From positions 1-57,453 of IMG/VR virus record IMGVR_UViG_3300017700_000813: a DNA stretch of 57,453 nucleotides; one strand, 5' to 3'. The notes below the pieces were generated by a model. The model did not search any database and had not been told where the DNA came from. It was given only the letters and a program-made list of their open reading frames with translations. The stretch comes from a virus (lineage: Duplodnaviria; Caudoviricetes). Below are positions 36,581 through 44,680 of the stretch, piece after piece. The number at the start of each line of letters is the position of its first letter. Positions within the stretch are counted from its first letter, which is position 1. The position numbers and the translations under genes were made by a program.

Positions 36581-36775
36581 ATGGACATCCGCAATCCGGG
36601 GCTTCCCCTGCTGATGAAGCTGGGAAGCATCGCCGTCCACGCCGAGGAGTATCTCGGAAACGGCGGGCACCTCGTCGATCTCAAGGCTATGCAGGCCCTG
36701 CTGTCCGACCCCGAGGTCGTCGCGTGGCGCAAGGCCATGACGGCCGAGGCCCTCCTTCCGCTCAAGAGAGGCTGA
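36581..36775 (+). CDS. Hypothetical protein
   Basis: LL-x-KLGSIAVHAEE...LLSDPEV-x-x-W...ALLP-x-KR. Confidence 0.7.
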   Translation: MDIRNPGLPLLMKLGSIAVHAEEYLGNGGHLVDLKAMQALLSDPEVVAWRKAMTAEALLPLKRG

Positions 36776-36777
36776 CC

Positions 36778-37119
36778 ATGGAAACCAGCAAGTTCGGCAC
36801 CGACCCGCACACCCTGCACCGCGCCGGGGGCATCGACACCAGCGAGGCCGCGGCCTACTCGATCGACAGCGCCGGGCTGGAGGAGCGGGTCTACCAGACC
36901 ATCCGCGGCTTCGGCGTGCTCGGATGCACGCAGGACGACGTGTTGGCCAAGCACCCGGGCGCACCCTACTCGAGCATCACCGCCCGCTTCAGTGCGCTGC
37001 TGCGCAAGAACCTGATCGTGGATACTGGCGTGCGGCGTCCCGGCCAGAGCGGGCGCAAGCAGCGTGTGGTCTACGTCCCGCCGGCGACCGGCGATCTCGA
37101 TTTGAATGGAGGTGTGTGA
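36778..37119 (+). CDS. Putative winged-helix DNA-binding protein
   Basis: TS-x-x-AA...G-x-T-x-DD...SSITARF-x-x-L...G-x-RR-x-G-x-SGR-x-Q-x-V. Confidence 0.6.
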   Translation: METSKFGTDPHTLHRAGGIDTSEAAAYSIDSAGLEERVYQTIRGFGVLGCTQDDVLAKHPGAPYSSITARFSALLRKNLIVDTGVRRPGQSGRKQRVVYVPPATGDLDLNGGV

Positions 37120-37364
37120 TGTCTATTGCTGACATGGATAAAGTTCCAGCCGACTATCTCCTCAGCTTGGTGAAGAAAGAGCTGAAGGAAAACATCAAGG
37201 CCGAGCTGATCAAGGATCTCGACCCGATCATCGAGGCCGCGGCGGTCAGGACGATCGAATCCCTCGAGCTGTACGTCGTCAAGCACGTCGACAACTTCAA
37301 GAGCGACTACGCGCTGCAGCTCGTCATCAACAAGAAGGAAGTGCCCCATGGCTCGCGGAGTTAA
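37119..37364 (+). CDS. Hypothetical protein
   Basis: GGAGG RBS, TGATG overlap. Confidence 0.6.
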   Translation: MSIADMDKVPADYLLSLVKKELKENIKAELIKDLDPIIEAAAVRTIESLELYVVKHVDNFKSDYALQLVINKKEVPHGSRS

Positions 37365-37857
37365 CAAGGTCATTCTGGTCGGAAACCTCGGGCAAGATCC
37401 CGAGATCAAGTACACGCAGTCCGGCGCCTGCGTCGTGCGCATCAGCGTCGCCACGTCCGAGAGCTGGAAGGACAAGGACGGCAACCAGCAGGAGCGCACC
37501 GAGTGGCACAGGTGTAAAGCCTTCGGCCGTCTGGCCGAGATCATGGGCGAGTACCTGAAGAAAGGCCGACAGGTCTACATCGAGGGCAGCCTGCGCACCG
37601 AGAAGTACACCGACAAGAACGGCGTCGAGAAGTTCAGCACCGACGTCGTCGTCGACGAGATGCAGATGCTCGGCGGCAACCCGGGCGGCGATCGCGATGA
37701 GCGCCCGCAGCAGCAGGCTCCGCAGCGGCAGCAGCGTCCACCCGCACAGCAGCCGCAGCGTGGCGGTGGCGACTACGGCCAGCGCAGCGGCGGCCAGCAG
37801 CGGCAGGATCCGCCGCGCAACGATGACCCGTTCCCCGACGACGACATCCCGTTCTGA
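37348..37857 (+). CDS. ssb: Single-stranded DNA-binding protein
   Basis: [15 protein letters not shown]-x-DPE...TEWHR...DDDIPF. Confidence 0.97.
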   Translation: MARGVNKVILVGNLGQDPEIKYTQSGACVVRISVATSESWKDKDGNQQERTEWHRCKAFGRLAEIMGEYLKKGRQVYIEGSLRTEKYTDKNGVEKFSTDVVVDEMQMLGGNPGGDRDERPQQQAPQRQQRPPAQQPQRGGGDYGQRSGGQQRQDPPRNDDPFPDDDIPF

Positions 37858-37869
37858 CCGGAGAAACCC

Positions 37870-38619
37870 ATGAATGACAAGTTGAAGGCGTTGGAGGCGG
37901 CCTTGGGGGCGGTCCTCGCCTACGCCAAGCACGAGGATTCCTGCGGCGACAGGGACGCCTACAACAACGAAGCCATGCAGACGTGCGGCTGCGGCCTTGA
38001 CTCTGCGAAAGAAGCGGCATACGCCGAACTAGACGCCCTCGCCGCCACCCTCACTCCCTTGGGTGACAAGGACAGGGAGGCGGTGGAAGCGATGGACCGC
38101 GCGATTGATTGCATGGGCGCGATGACCGACGCCGACACGACGGCGCTGATTCGCAAGAACGCCCGCGCCTACATGGCCCACATCGCCACCCGCCTCGCGG
38201 AGAGTGGGGGCGGGGAGGCTATCGGCCATGTCACGCCTTACAGGTCGGTGACGTTCTACAACGACCCGCCCGGCCCGGCGCCGGGAACGAAGCTCTACAC
38301 CACCCCGCCCGCCGCTGCGGTGGAACGCTCCGGCCACGTTGTCAGGCACATCACCGAGGACGGTTCCCGGTCGGAAATCGTGTGGGCTGACGGCGTAACG
38401 CCGCCCAGCAAGGGCCGCCACGTTTACCTAGCCCCACCCACCCCGAGCGCCGGGGTGTCGGAGGCGATGGTGGATGCGGCGGCCGAGGAGCTTTGGTGGC
38501 GAATGGCAGGCCACAACCCACACTACTACCGACACCTTTGGCCGAAGAACATATCCGACGCTGACGCATACCGCGACCACGCCCGCGCCGCGCTCGCAGC
38601 CGCCGAGGGGGTGAAGTGA
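37870..38619 (+). CDS. Mosaic hypothetical protein
   Basis: 249 aa; GTKLYT-x-PP and VSEAMVDAA modules typical of phage accessory genes. Confidence 0.6.
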   Translation: MNDKLKALEAALGAVLAYAKHEDSCGDRDAYNNEAMQTCGCGLDSAKEAAYAELDALAATLTPLGDKDREAVEAMDRAIDCMGAMTDADTTALIRKNARAYMAHIATRLAESGGGEAIGHVTPYRSVTFYNDPPGPAPGTKLYTTPPAAAVERSGHVVRHITEDGSRSEIVWADGVTPPSKGRHVYLAPPTPSAGVSEAMVDAAAEELWWRMAGHNPHYYRHLWPKNISDADAYRDHARAALAAAEGVK

Positions 38620-38996
38620 TGGACAGCGACCACTACGAATACCCTGAGAAGTCTCGCAATCCCCACCGAAGCCACCCCATGACTGACCCGAAGTTGCCGG
38701 AGTTGCCGGAGGCTGTGGCCACCGCGCTCACCCTTTATTCGGCAGCGCCAAGCCAAACCAACCGCGCTGAACTGGAATCTGCTATCCACGCCTACGCCCG
38801 CGCCGCCGTCGAGCTGGCTGGCGGGGGGAGGGATGGGGAGAGGTATCGGTGGCTGCGGGCGAACTTCAATCGGATCACCGTAACGTCGGCATTCAACAGA
38901 GAGCATGGCTACGGCAAGTTCAGCGTTGCGGCTGGTACGTTCTCCACGCTCGACGCCGCCATCGACGCCGCCATGACCGGAGGCGAGCATGGGTAG
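38619..38996 (+). CDS. Hypothetical protein (D-x-ERYRWLR...LDAAIDAAM family)
   Basis: Characteristic DGERYRWLR and LDAAIDAAM motifs; start uncertain. Confidence 0.6.
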   Translation: MDSDHYEYPEKSRNPHRSHPMTDPKLPELPEAVATALTLYSAAPSQTNRAELESAIHAYARAAVELAGGGRDGERYRWLRANFNRITVTSAFNREHGYGKFSVAAGTFSTLDAAIDAAMTGGEHG

Positions 38997-39183
38997 GCTA
39001 CCGTCAATGAAGCCGTGCCCTAAATGCGGGGCAAGAGTGCCGCCGGCAAAGCGCGAGTGCCACTGCGGGCACGAGTTCTATCCGGCCAAGATGATCAAGC
39101 GGGAGATCCGTCTCGTCGACGGATCCACGGTTCTCTGGCGGCGCGGCCCTACTTCGGCCAGCTCAGATCCAAGTAAGACCTGA
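38989..39183 (+). CDS. Small Zn-ribbon protein
   Basis: CPKCG...CHCGHEF; GGAGG RBS. Confidence 0.5.
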   Translation: MGRLPSMKPCPKCGARVPPAKRECHCGHEFYPAKMIKREIRLVDGSTVLWRRGPTSASSDPSKT

Positions 39184-39664
39184 TCGCCTGCAGCGCGGCG
39201 TCGGCGCCCCATGCAAAACAGGCCGCGTACCCCGCGGCCTTCATTCTTTTGGCGAACTTGATCTGGTCATCGGAGGCCGTGCCGTCCGACGCCTTCAGCT
39301 CGATCCACAATCCGTGGTGGCGTGACGTCGGGTAGGCGAATAGGTAGTCGTGGACGCCAGCCTGCAGGCCCTCGGCCTTGAGCTTCGCGCCGCGCGCCTT
39401 GCTGGCGCTGCCTTCGTTGGCGATGTGGATCAAGTGCTCGTCGAGCCGGTTGCCGTTGGCCAGCCCTGCCACCCGCGCAACGCCGAACAGCGTGGCCGCC
39501 TCGACGTGCTCGCTCCGGTACCGCGCCGGGTGGATGTCCTGCAGCGGCAGCTCCGGCTGGCCCGGGATCCACAGACCAAGCCGACCGCGCCGCATCTTCA
39601 TCGGCTTGCCGGCAGCCAGCCGCTCGAGGTTCTCTCGCGTGAGCTTGCTCAGTCGCGCGGCCAT
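39149..39664 (-). CDS. VRR-NUC family nuclease
   Basis: HIANEG...LKAEG-x-x-AGVHD...LWIELK...S-x-x-Q. Confidence 0.85.
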   Translation of the reverse strand: MAARLSKLTRENLERLAAGKPMKMRRGRLGLWIPGQPELPLQDIHPARYRSEHVEAATLFGVARVAGLANGNRLDEHLIHIANEGSASKARGAKLKAEGLQAGVHDYLFAYPTSRHHGLWIELKASDGTASDDQIKFAKRMKAAGYAACFAWGADAALQAIRSYLDLSWPK

Positions 39665-39996
39665 CAGCGGTTGCCACCAGAGGCGCCTTTCTTTCCCCAG
39701 CCATGTGCGCGCGTCGGCTTCGGCGGCGGCGGCGCCTTCCATTTCGCGATCGCCGCCGGCAGCGTCTTCTTCAGCTCGAGCACGGCCAGCCCGAGCTTCA
39801 GCTCGAGATCCTCCTGACGCATGTCGGCCGGGACATCGATGCGGATGTGCGGCATCGAGCGCCGCACCTTGTCGCCGGCGACGATGGCCTCGCCGCTGTA
39901 GCCGACCCACAGGTGGATCCCGCCCTTGGTCTGGCGGGCGCGCTTGATGGCACGCGCCGCGTTCGCGACCATGCTGGTGACCTTCAACTGCGACAT
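39664..39996 (-). CDS. Hypothetical protein
   Basis: GGAGG RBS; TGATG coupling. Confidence 0.6.
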   Translation of the reverse strand: MSQLKVTSMVANAARAIKRARQTKGGIHLWVGYSGEAIVAGDKVRRSMPHIRIDVPADMRQEDLELKLGLAVLELKKTLPAAIAKWKAPPPPKPTRAHGWGKKGASGGNR

Positions 39997-40313
39997 GCGC
40001 GGACCCTCCCTCGGCGGACACCCTCATCGAAGCCCAGCGCAAACGCGCACTCCTTCATGGTGCTCACGAGGTGGTCCGGGTCGGTGCGGTGGTTGATGGT
40101 CAGGACGTGGAACTTAGGCTCGATCTTGCTGACGTCGGTGGCGACCATCAGCCCGGTCTTCGTGATCATGACCGCGAGTCGATCGCGCTTGAAGCTGAGC
40201 GCGCGGAGTGCGCGCTCGGCCGCCTCGTCGTAGAACTCGTTGGTCTCCTTGATGCGGCCGAGCACCAGCGGGAGCTTCACGTCCTCGTCGAAGAAAGATC
40301 CCTGCATGGTCAT
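39984..40313 (-). CDS. Hypothetical protein
   Basis: ATGA overlap with dut. Confidence 0.55.
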   Translation of the reverse strand: MTMQGSFFDEDVKLPLVLGRIKETNEFYDEAAERALRALSFKRDRLAVMITKTGLMVATDVSKIEPKFHVLTINHRTDPDHLVSTMKECAFALGFDEGVRRGRVRACRS

Positions 40314-40738
40314 GCTCCGCTGCTCCCGAATCCGTCGCTGCCGCGGCCGGTAGCCTCGAGCGAGGAGACGTAGCGGATCCCCGGGTAGGCGACCGGCACA
40401 ATCAAAAGCTGCGCGATGCGGTCTCCGACGTCGCATTTCCAGTTCGAGCCAGTGCTATTGAACAGCACCACCGAGATCTCGCCGCGGTAGTCCTCGTCGA
40501 TGATGCCCGGCGCGTTGAGTACGATGATGCCTTCCTTGCTGGCTAGACCGGAGCGGGAGCAGACGAAGCCGCAGTGGCCGGCCGGAAGCCGGGCTGTGAT
40601 ACCCGTGCGAACAGTTCTCCGCATTCCGGTAGGCAGAAAGACCGGCTCTGCCGCGCGCAGGTCGATGCCCGCCGAGAGCGCCGTCGCGCGCGTGGGCTGC
40701 AGGGCTTCGGGGACGGTGTCGATGATGTCGATGTTCAT
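40310..40738 (-). CDS. dut: dUTPase
   Basis: SAGIDL, SRSGLA, NAPGIIDEDYRGEI, GDRIAQL, RG-x-x-GFGSSG. Confidence 0.95.
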   Translation of the reverse strand: MNIDIIDTVPEALQPTRATALSAGIDLRAAEPVFLPTGMRRTVRTGITARLPAGHCGFVCSRSGLASKEGIIVLNAPGIIDEDYRGEISVVLFNSTGSNWKCDVGDRIAQLLIVPVAYPGIRYVSSLEATGRGSDGFGSSGA

Positions 40739-41373
40739 GGGTTTCCTTCGTGGCTCAGGGAGGGGGTCAGGGTGATGCCGGCGGGGACGGTGGCGTGGGC
40801 GGGGCCGGAGCGGCCGGACTCGAGCACGCGCTGGGCGCCGGCCCCGATCATGATCGGAGACGTTGGGCGGCGATGCCCGGCCGCGTGGTTGGAGATCTCG
40901 GTCGTCCCGGGGAGGTAGGCGGGGTGAGCGACGTCGCGGCCGCTGAGCGCCGCGTACGCGGTCTGGAAGTCCTTGGCCCGGAACGGCAGCTCGTGCTCCG
41001 GCGTCGAGCACAGCTTCGGCCAGCCGCCCATCTGCTCTATCACGAGGTTGGCCATCGGGTCGTCGAAGCAGACGCTGCTGTAGCCGCCGATGCGGGCCAT
41101 GGCCCACTGCACCTGATGCCATGAGATCAGCGCCCGGTCGGCGGCGGTGCCGCCCACCTGCTCGAGCACGTCAGCCGGGCGCGGCGGGAACTGCCCGCGG
41201 CCCGGGCGACGCAGCCAGTCGGACATCGCCTCGCTGAACTGCTCGATCGTGATACCCGAGAGCGCGGACCACCAGATCGACAGCGCGGTCTTACTCAGCG
41301 GCTCGCGCTGGTAAACCTCGGTGTAGCAAGCCTGCACGATGTCGGCAAAACGCTTTCGGTCAGCGTCCTGCAT
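40735..41373 (-). CDS. DUF6475-like replication/helicase-loader-associated protein
   Basis: WW-x-AL...GQFPPRPADV...GGY-x-SVCFDDP...MGGWPKLC. Confidence 0.75.
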   Translation of the reverse strand: MQDADRKRFADIVQACYTEVYQREPLSKTALSIWWSALSGITIEQFSEAMSDWLRRPGRGQFPPRPADVLEQVGGTAADRALISWHQVQWAMARIGGYSSVCFDDPMANLVIEQMGGWPKLCSTPEHELPFRAKDFQTAYAALSGRDVAHPAYLPGTTEISNHAAGHRRPTSPIMIGAGAQRVLESGRSGPAHATVPAGITLTPSLSHEGNP

Positions 41374-41872
41374 GGGCGTCCCCCACGAAGGCGTCGGTAG
41401 CTGCCTGTCCACGATTGACGTTCTCGGCCGTCTTCCCGGGGAAGAGGCCGACCCAGCCGTTGCGGATCGACTGCTGGATGGAGGATGCCTGCGAAAGTCC
41501 GAGCTTGTGCATCTCGTGCAGCATCGCCAGCTGCGCCTTCGTGGTGCGCTTCGTCATCGGCTTCCCGATCTCGGCGCGATAGGCGATCCACTCCGCCCAT
41601 GCCACCTTGTCCAGCCAGTCGGGCAGCTCGTCGGCCAGAGCAACCTGCTTGCCGATCGCGCGGAACTGGTAGACGCCGGGCTTGACCGCGGTTATCAGCG
41701 TCAGCGCGAAGTCTGCCTCGCCATCGAACTGCAGCTGCACGACGCTGGAACTACGCTCACGCGCCAGCACCAGCGTGCAGCCGTACTCGTCGAGGATCGA
41801 CTGGATCTTGTCCGAGATCTCATGCGCTATCAGCGCCATGTCGAGCCTTGGGGCCTCGCTTTTTCGGTTCAT
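41360..41872 (-). CDS. Replication-initiator-like protein (C-terminal domain only recognised)
   Basis: LPDWLD-x-x-AW-x-EW-x-x-YR-x-x-x-x-KPMT...QSI-x-NGW-x-GLF. Confidence 0.65.
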   Translation of the reverse strand: MNRKSEAPRLDMALIAHEISDKIQSILDEYGCTLVLARERSSSVVQLQFDGEADFALTLITAVKPGVYQFRAIGKQVALADELPDWLDKVAWAEWIAYRAEIGKPMTKRTTKAQLAMLHEMHKLGLSQASSIQQSIRNGWVGLFPGKTAENVNRGQAATDAFVGDAHAGR

Positions 41873-42086
41873 TGTTCGTCAGCTCCCTGATTTCAACGTG
41901 CCCATCGCACGCCTTACTGATGCGCCCTGCGGTTTTCAACGATGCGAATCGACGGCCGAGGCTGATCGAGTGCAGCGTGTGCGGCGACAGCTTGGCGCGC
42001 AGGGCAATGCGCTTCAGCGTCGGGTTCGTGATTCCGAGGGGGGCGTTAGCCTCCGACTTCTTCACGATGTAGTCGCGCAGCCTCAT
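41820..42086 (-). CDS. Cro/YdaS-like HTH regulator
   Basis: M-x-L-x-DY...L-x-x-I-x-x-GRR-x-AS-x-x-x-A-x-x-I-x-x-A-x-x-G-x-V-x-x-x-EL; first gene of a divergent pair. Confidence 0.7.
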   Translation of the reverse strand: MRLRDYIVKKSEANAPLGITNPTLKRIALRAKLSPHTLHSISLGRRFASLKTAGRISKACDGHVEIRELTNNEPKKRGPKARHGADSA

Positions 42087-42099
42087 AGTAATTCCTCGC

Positions 42100-42158
42100 T
42101 TGATTCATGTACAGGGGTGCGCTATATTGGCCCAACCCTGATGGGCAGGGCAAGGAGA
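42100..42158 (+). promoter_or_regulatory. Promoter for the recombination operon with ATGGG leader hairpin (no CGAAC operator)
   Basis: TTGATT-N17-TATATT; CCCTG-ATGGG-CAGGG; AAGGAG. Confidence 0.75.
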
Positions 42159-42165
42159 TAGCACC

Positions 42166-43002
42166 ATGGCAGACGGCAGTCGCGTCGGTTTTTTCTACGA
42201 CGAACCCGCTGATCAGTACCACGTCCGGATTCTGGGCGAGGCCAACAACGGGGGCCTCAAGATCATCCGCGACCGCAGCCCCGCGCACTACAAGGCGTGG
42301 GTCGAGGGCTACGAGCCGAAGCCGACCGAGGCGATGAAGCTCGGGCGCATCATCCACACGGCCATCCTCGAGCCGGACAAGCTCGAGAGCGAGTACCTCG
42401 TGCTCCCCGATTTCGGTCCGCTCCAGTCCAGCAAGAACCGAGCCGACCGCGACGCGTGGCTCGCCTGCCAGTCGCCGACGGCGATCGTCGTCAAGGCGCA
42501 CCAGATCGAGCAGGCCCGCACCATGCGAGAGGCCGTGCTCCGCCACAAGACGGCACGCCTGCTGATCGAACGCGGCAAGCCCGAGGTCACCATGCGCTGG
42601 CGCTGCCCCCGCACGGGCATCATGTGCAAGGCGCGCATGGACTGGTACTACGAGGAAATGAACTTCGCGATGGATCTCAAGTCCACCGACGACGCCTCGC
42701 CGTCTGCGTTCGCGCGCAGCGTGGCGAACTTCGAGTACCACGTCCAGCACTGCCACTACAGCAGCGGCACGAAGGCGCTCGGCAGTCCGATCGAGAACTA
42801 CCTGATCTGCGCGGCCGAGAAGGAAACCCCGCACGCTGTCGGCGTCTACCACATTGATGCGGCGGCCGAAGAGCGTGGCTTCCAGATCCTCGATCGTGCG
42901 ATGGACACGCTGGCCAAGTGCGTCGAGACCGGTCTGTACCCGGCCTACGGCGAAGACATCGAAACCCTCAGCCTCCCGGGCTGGGCCTTCTGGGACAAGT
43001 GA
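42166..43002 (+). CDS. RecE/exonuclease VIII-like PD-(D/E)XK nuclease
   Basis: SPAHY...G-x-x-x-H-x-AILEP...CKARMDW...DLKST...YHVQ-x-x-HY. Confidence 0.88.
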   Translation: MADGSRVGFFYDEPADQYHVRILGEANNGGLKIIRDRSPAHYKAWVEGYEPKPTEAMKLGRIIHTAILEPDKLESEYLVLPDFGPLQSSKNRADRDAWLACQSPTAIVVKAHQIEQARTMREAVLRHKTARLLIERGKPEVTMRWRCPRTGIMCKARMDWYYEEMNFAMDLKSTDDASPSAFARSVANFEYHVQHCHYSSGTKALGSPIENYLICAAEKETPHAVGVYHIDAAAEERGFQILDRAMDTLAKCVETGLYPAYGEDIETLSLPGWAFWDK

Positions 43003-43004
43003 TC

Positions 43005-43847
43005 ATGAGCGAGAACACCAACACCGCCCCCGCCAACGCCATCACCACCACGCCTCCGTCTGCGTCCGCGCAGACCGGCGCGTCGCTGGTCTCCAAGTTC
43101 GCGAAGCGTTACAGCGTGGACCCCGACAAGCTGTTGGCCACGCTGAAGGCCACCTGCTTCAAGCTGAGTAAGGAAGGCGCCGTCGTCAGCAACGAGCAGA
43201 TGGTCACCCTGCTCGTGGTTGCCGACCAGTACGGTCTCAATCCGTTCACGAAGGAGATCTTCGCTTTCGAGGACAAGCACAAGGGCGTTGTGCCGGTGGT
43301 GTCCGTCGATGGCTGGTCGCGGATGATGAACGACCACGCCATGATGGATGGCATCGAGTTCAGGTTCAGCGAGGAGCTGGCCACCCCCAACGGCGGCAAG
43401 TCGTGCCCGATCTGGTGCGAGGCCGTGATCTACCGCAAGGACCGCAACCGCCCGACCATCGTGCGCGAGTTCCTCGACGAGGTGTACGTCCCGCCACGCG
43501 GCGGATACAGCGGCCCGTGGCAGAGCCACACGAAGCGCATGCTCCGCCACAAGGCGGAGATCCAGTGCGCCCGCATCGCCTTCAGCTTCAGCGGCATCTA
43601 CGACGAAGACGAGGCCAACCGCATCATCGACAGCACTGCCGTCGACGTCACCCCGCGCCGCATCACCGATGCCGGCAACGTCAGCAACCTGCAGCAGCGC
43701 CTCGAAACCTCGAGCAACCTGCCGCCGGTGGCTGCCGCCGATTCGCGCGTTGTCGAGACCGTTGATCGTCGCGCCACCAACGACCCCTTCACCGACGCCG
43801 ATGAGGCTGGCGCCGGCGATGAAACCTCCAACGCCTCGGAGACCTGA
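43005..43847 (+). CDS. bet: Red-beta/Bet single-strand annealing recombinase
   Basis: QYGLNPFTKEIFAF...PVVSVDGWSR...PWQSH-x-KRMLRHKA-x-IQCAR-x-AF-x-x-x-GIYDEDEA. Confidence 0.93.
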   Translation: MSENTNTAPANAITTTPPSASAQTGASLVSKFAKRYSVDPDKLLATLKATCFKLSKEGAVVSNEQMVTLLVVADQYGLNPFTKEIFAFEDKHKGVVPVVSVDGWSRMMNDHAMMDGIEFRFSEELATPNGGKSCPIWCEAVIYRKDRNRPTIVREFLDEVYVPPRGGYSGPWQSHTKRMLRHKAEIQCARIAFSFSGIYDEDEANRIIDSTAVDVTPRRITDAGNVSNLQQRLETSSNLPPVAAADSRVVETVDRRATNDPFTDADEAGAGDETSNASET

Positions 43848-43850
43848 GCA

Positions 43851-44084
43851 ATGAACGCACCGAAGAAGACGCCTACTCGCCGCTACCACCTCAAGAGCAA
43901 GGACGAGCTGTCCCGCGACGAGCGCATCATCGTCGCCACCAATCCGGCGCAGGCGCTGAGCCATGCGGCGAAGACCGCTTGGGACATCGAAGTCCTGACC
44001 ATGGACAACGCCATCCGCCTGACCAAGGAAGGTGTCGTCGACGAGGTCGCCGGCGACACCAACCAGCTGTCCCTCGACGTTTAA
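43851..44084 (+). CDS. Hypothetical protein
   Basis: RIIVA-x-NPAQAL-x-HAA motif. Confidence 0.65.
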   Translation: MNAPKKTPTRRYHLKSKDELSRDERIIVATNPAQALSHAAKTAWDIEVLTMDNAIRLTKEGVVDEVAGDTNQLSLDV

Positions 44085-44090
44085 CCAACA

Positions 44091-44112
44091 AGCCCCGGCG
44101 AAAGCCGGGGCT
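44091..44112. terminator. GNRA hairpin, possible terminator
   Basis: AGCCCCGGC-GAAA-GCCGGGGCT. Confidence 0.5.
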
Positions 44113-44126
44113 ATCGGAGGAACGCC

Positions 44127-44333
44127 ATGCACCGTCAATTCAAGCCAGATCCGAACGCGCAGGTGCTGACCTGCACCGGCTGCGGCAAGGAGCCGCACTT
44201 CTACAATAGCCCGCGCGGCATCTTCATCGAGTGCTCGCCGTGTGGTCGAAGGACTGACGCGTTTCCGAACGAAACGCTGGCCAGCTACGACTGGCAGATC
44301 GATCGTTTCTACGCCATCGGGAAGGCCGCGTGA
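44127..44333 (+). CDS. Lar-like (restriction alleviation) Zn-ribbon protein
   Basis: CTGCG...IECSPCG...A-x-x-x-W pattern; GGAGG RBS; downstream of the recombination genes. Confidence 0.5.
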   Translation: MHRQFKPDPNAQVLTCTGCGKEPHFYNSPRGIFIECSPCGRRTDAFPNETLASYDWQIDRFYAIGKAA

Positions 44334-44680
44334 TGCGGCAGGCTGACCGCGGCGACGGCCGCCCCCACTGCTTCAACGTGGAGCTGGCTGAGCTGGTGAC
44401 CCATCAGGACGGGCACATGCAGGTGCAGGTCTTCGATCAAGCCAGCGGCATGGACATCAGCACCGTCGTGCCGATCATGGTAACCCGGCCGTTCCCGATG
44501 ACGCGCGAGTGCCGCTCGTGGGTCAGCACGCCGGGGACGGATTCCGTCCCCTTCACCGAGGGCTGGAAGTGCGGCGGGTGCAGTCGCTACCCGCACGATC
44601 TCGTCGAGCAGCAGCTGCGGTACCGCCTCATTCGCCGCGTCGACCAGCTGCGGCATCCTCCGCAGACATCCGGCGGTTGA
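44333..44680 (+). CDS. Hypothetical protein
   Basis: TGATG overlap; converges on and overlaps the 3' end of the giant gene. Confidence 0.5.
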   Translation: MRQADRGDGRPHCFNVELAELVTHQDGHMQVQVFDQASGMDISTVVPIMVTRPFPMTRECRSWVSTPGTDSVPFTEGWKCGGCSRYPHDLVEQQLRYRLIRRVDQLRHPPQTSGG

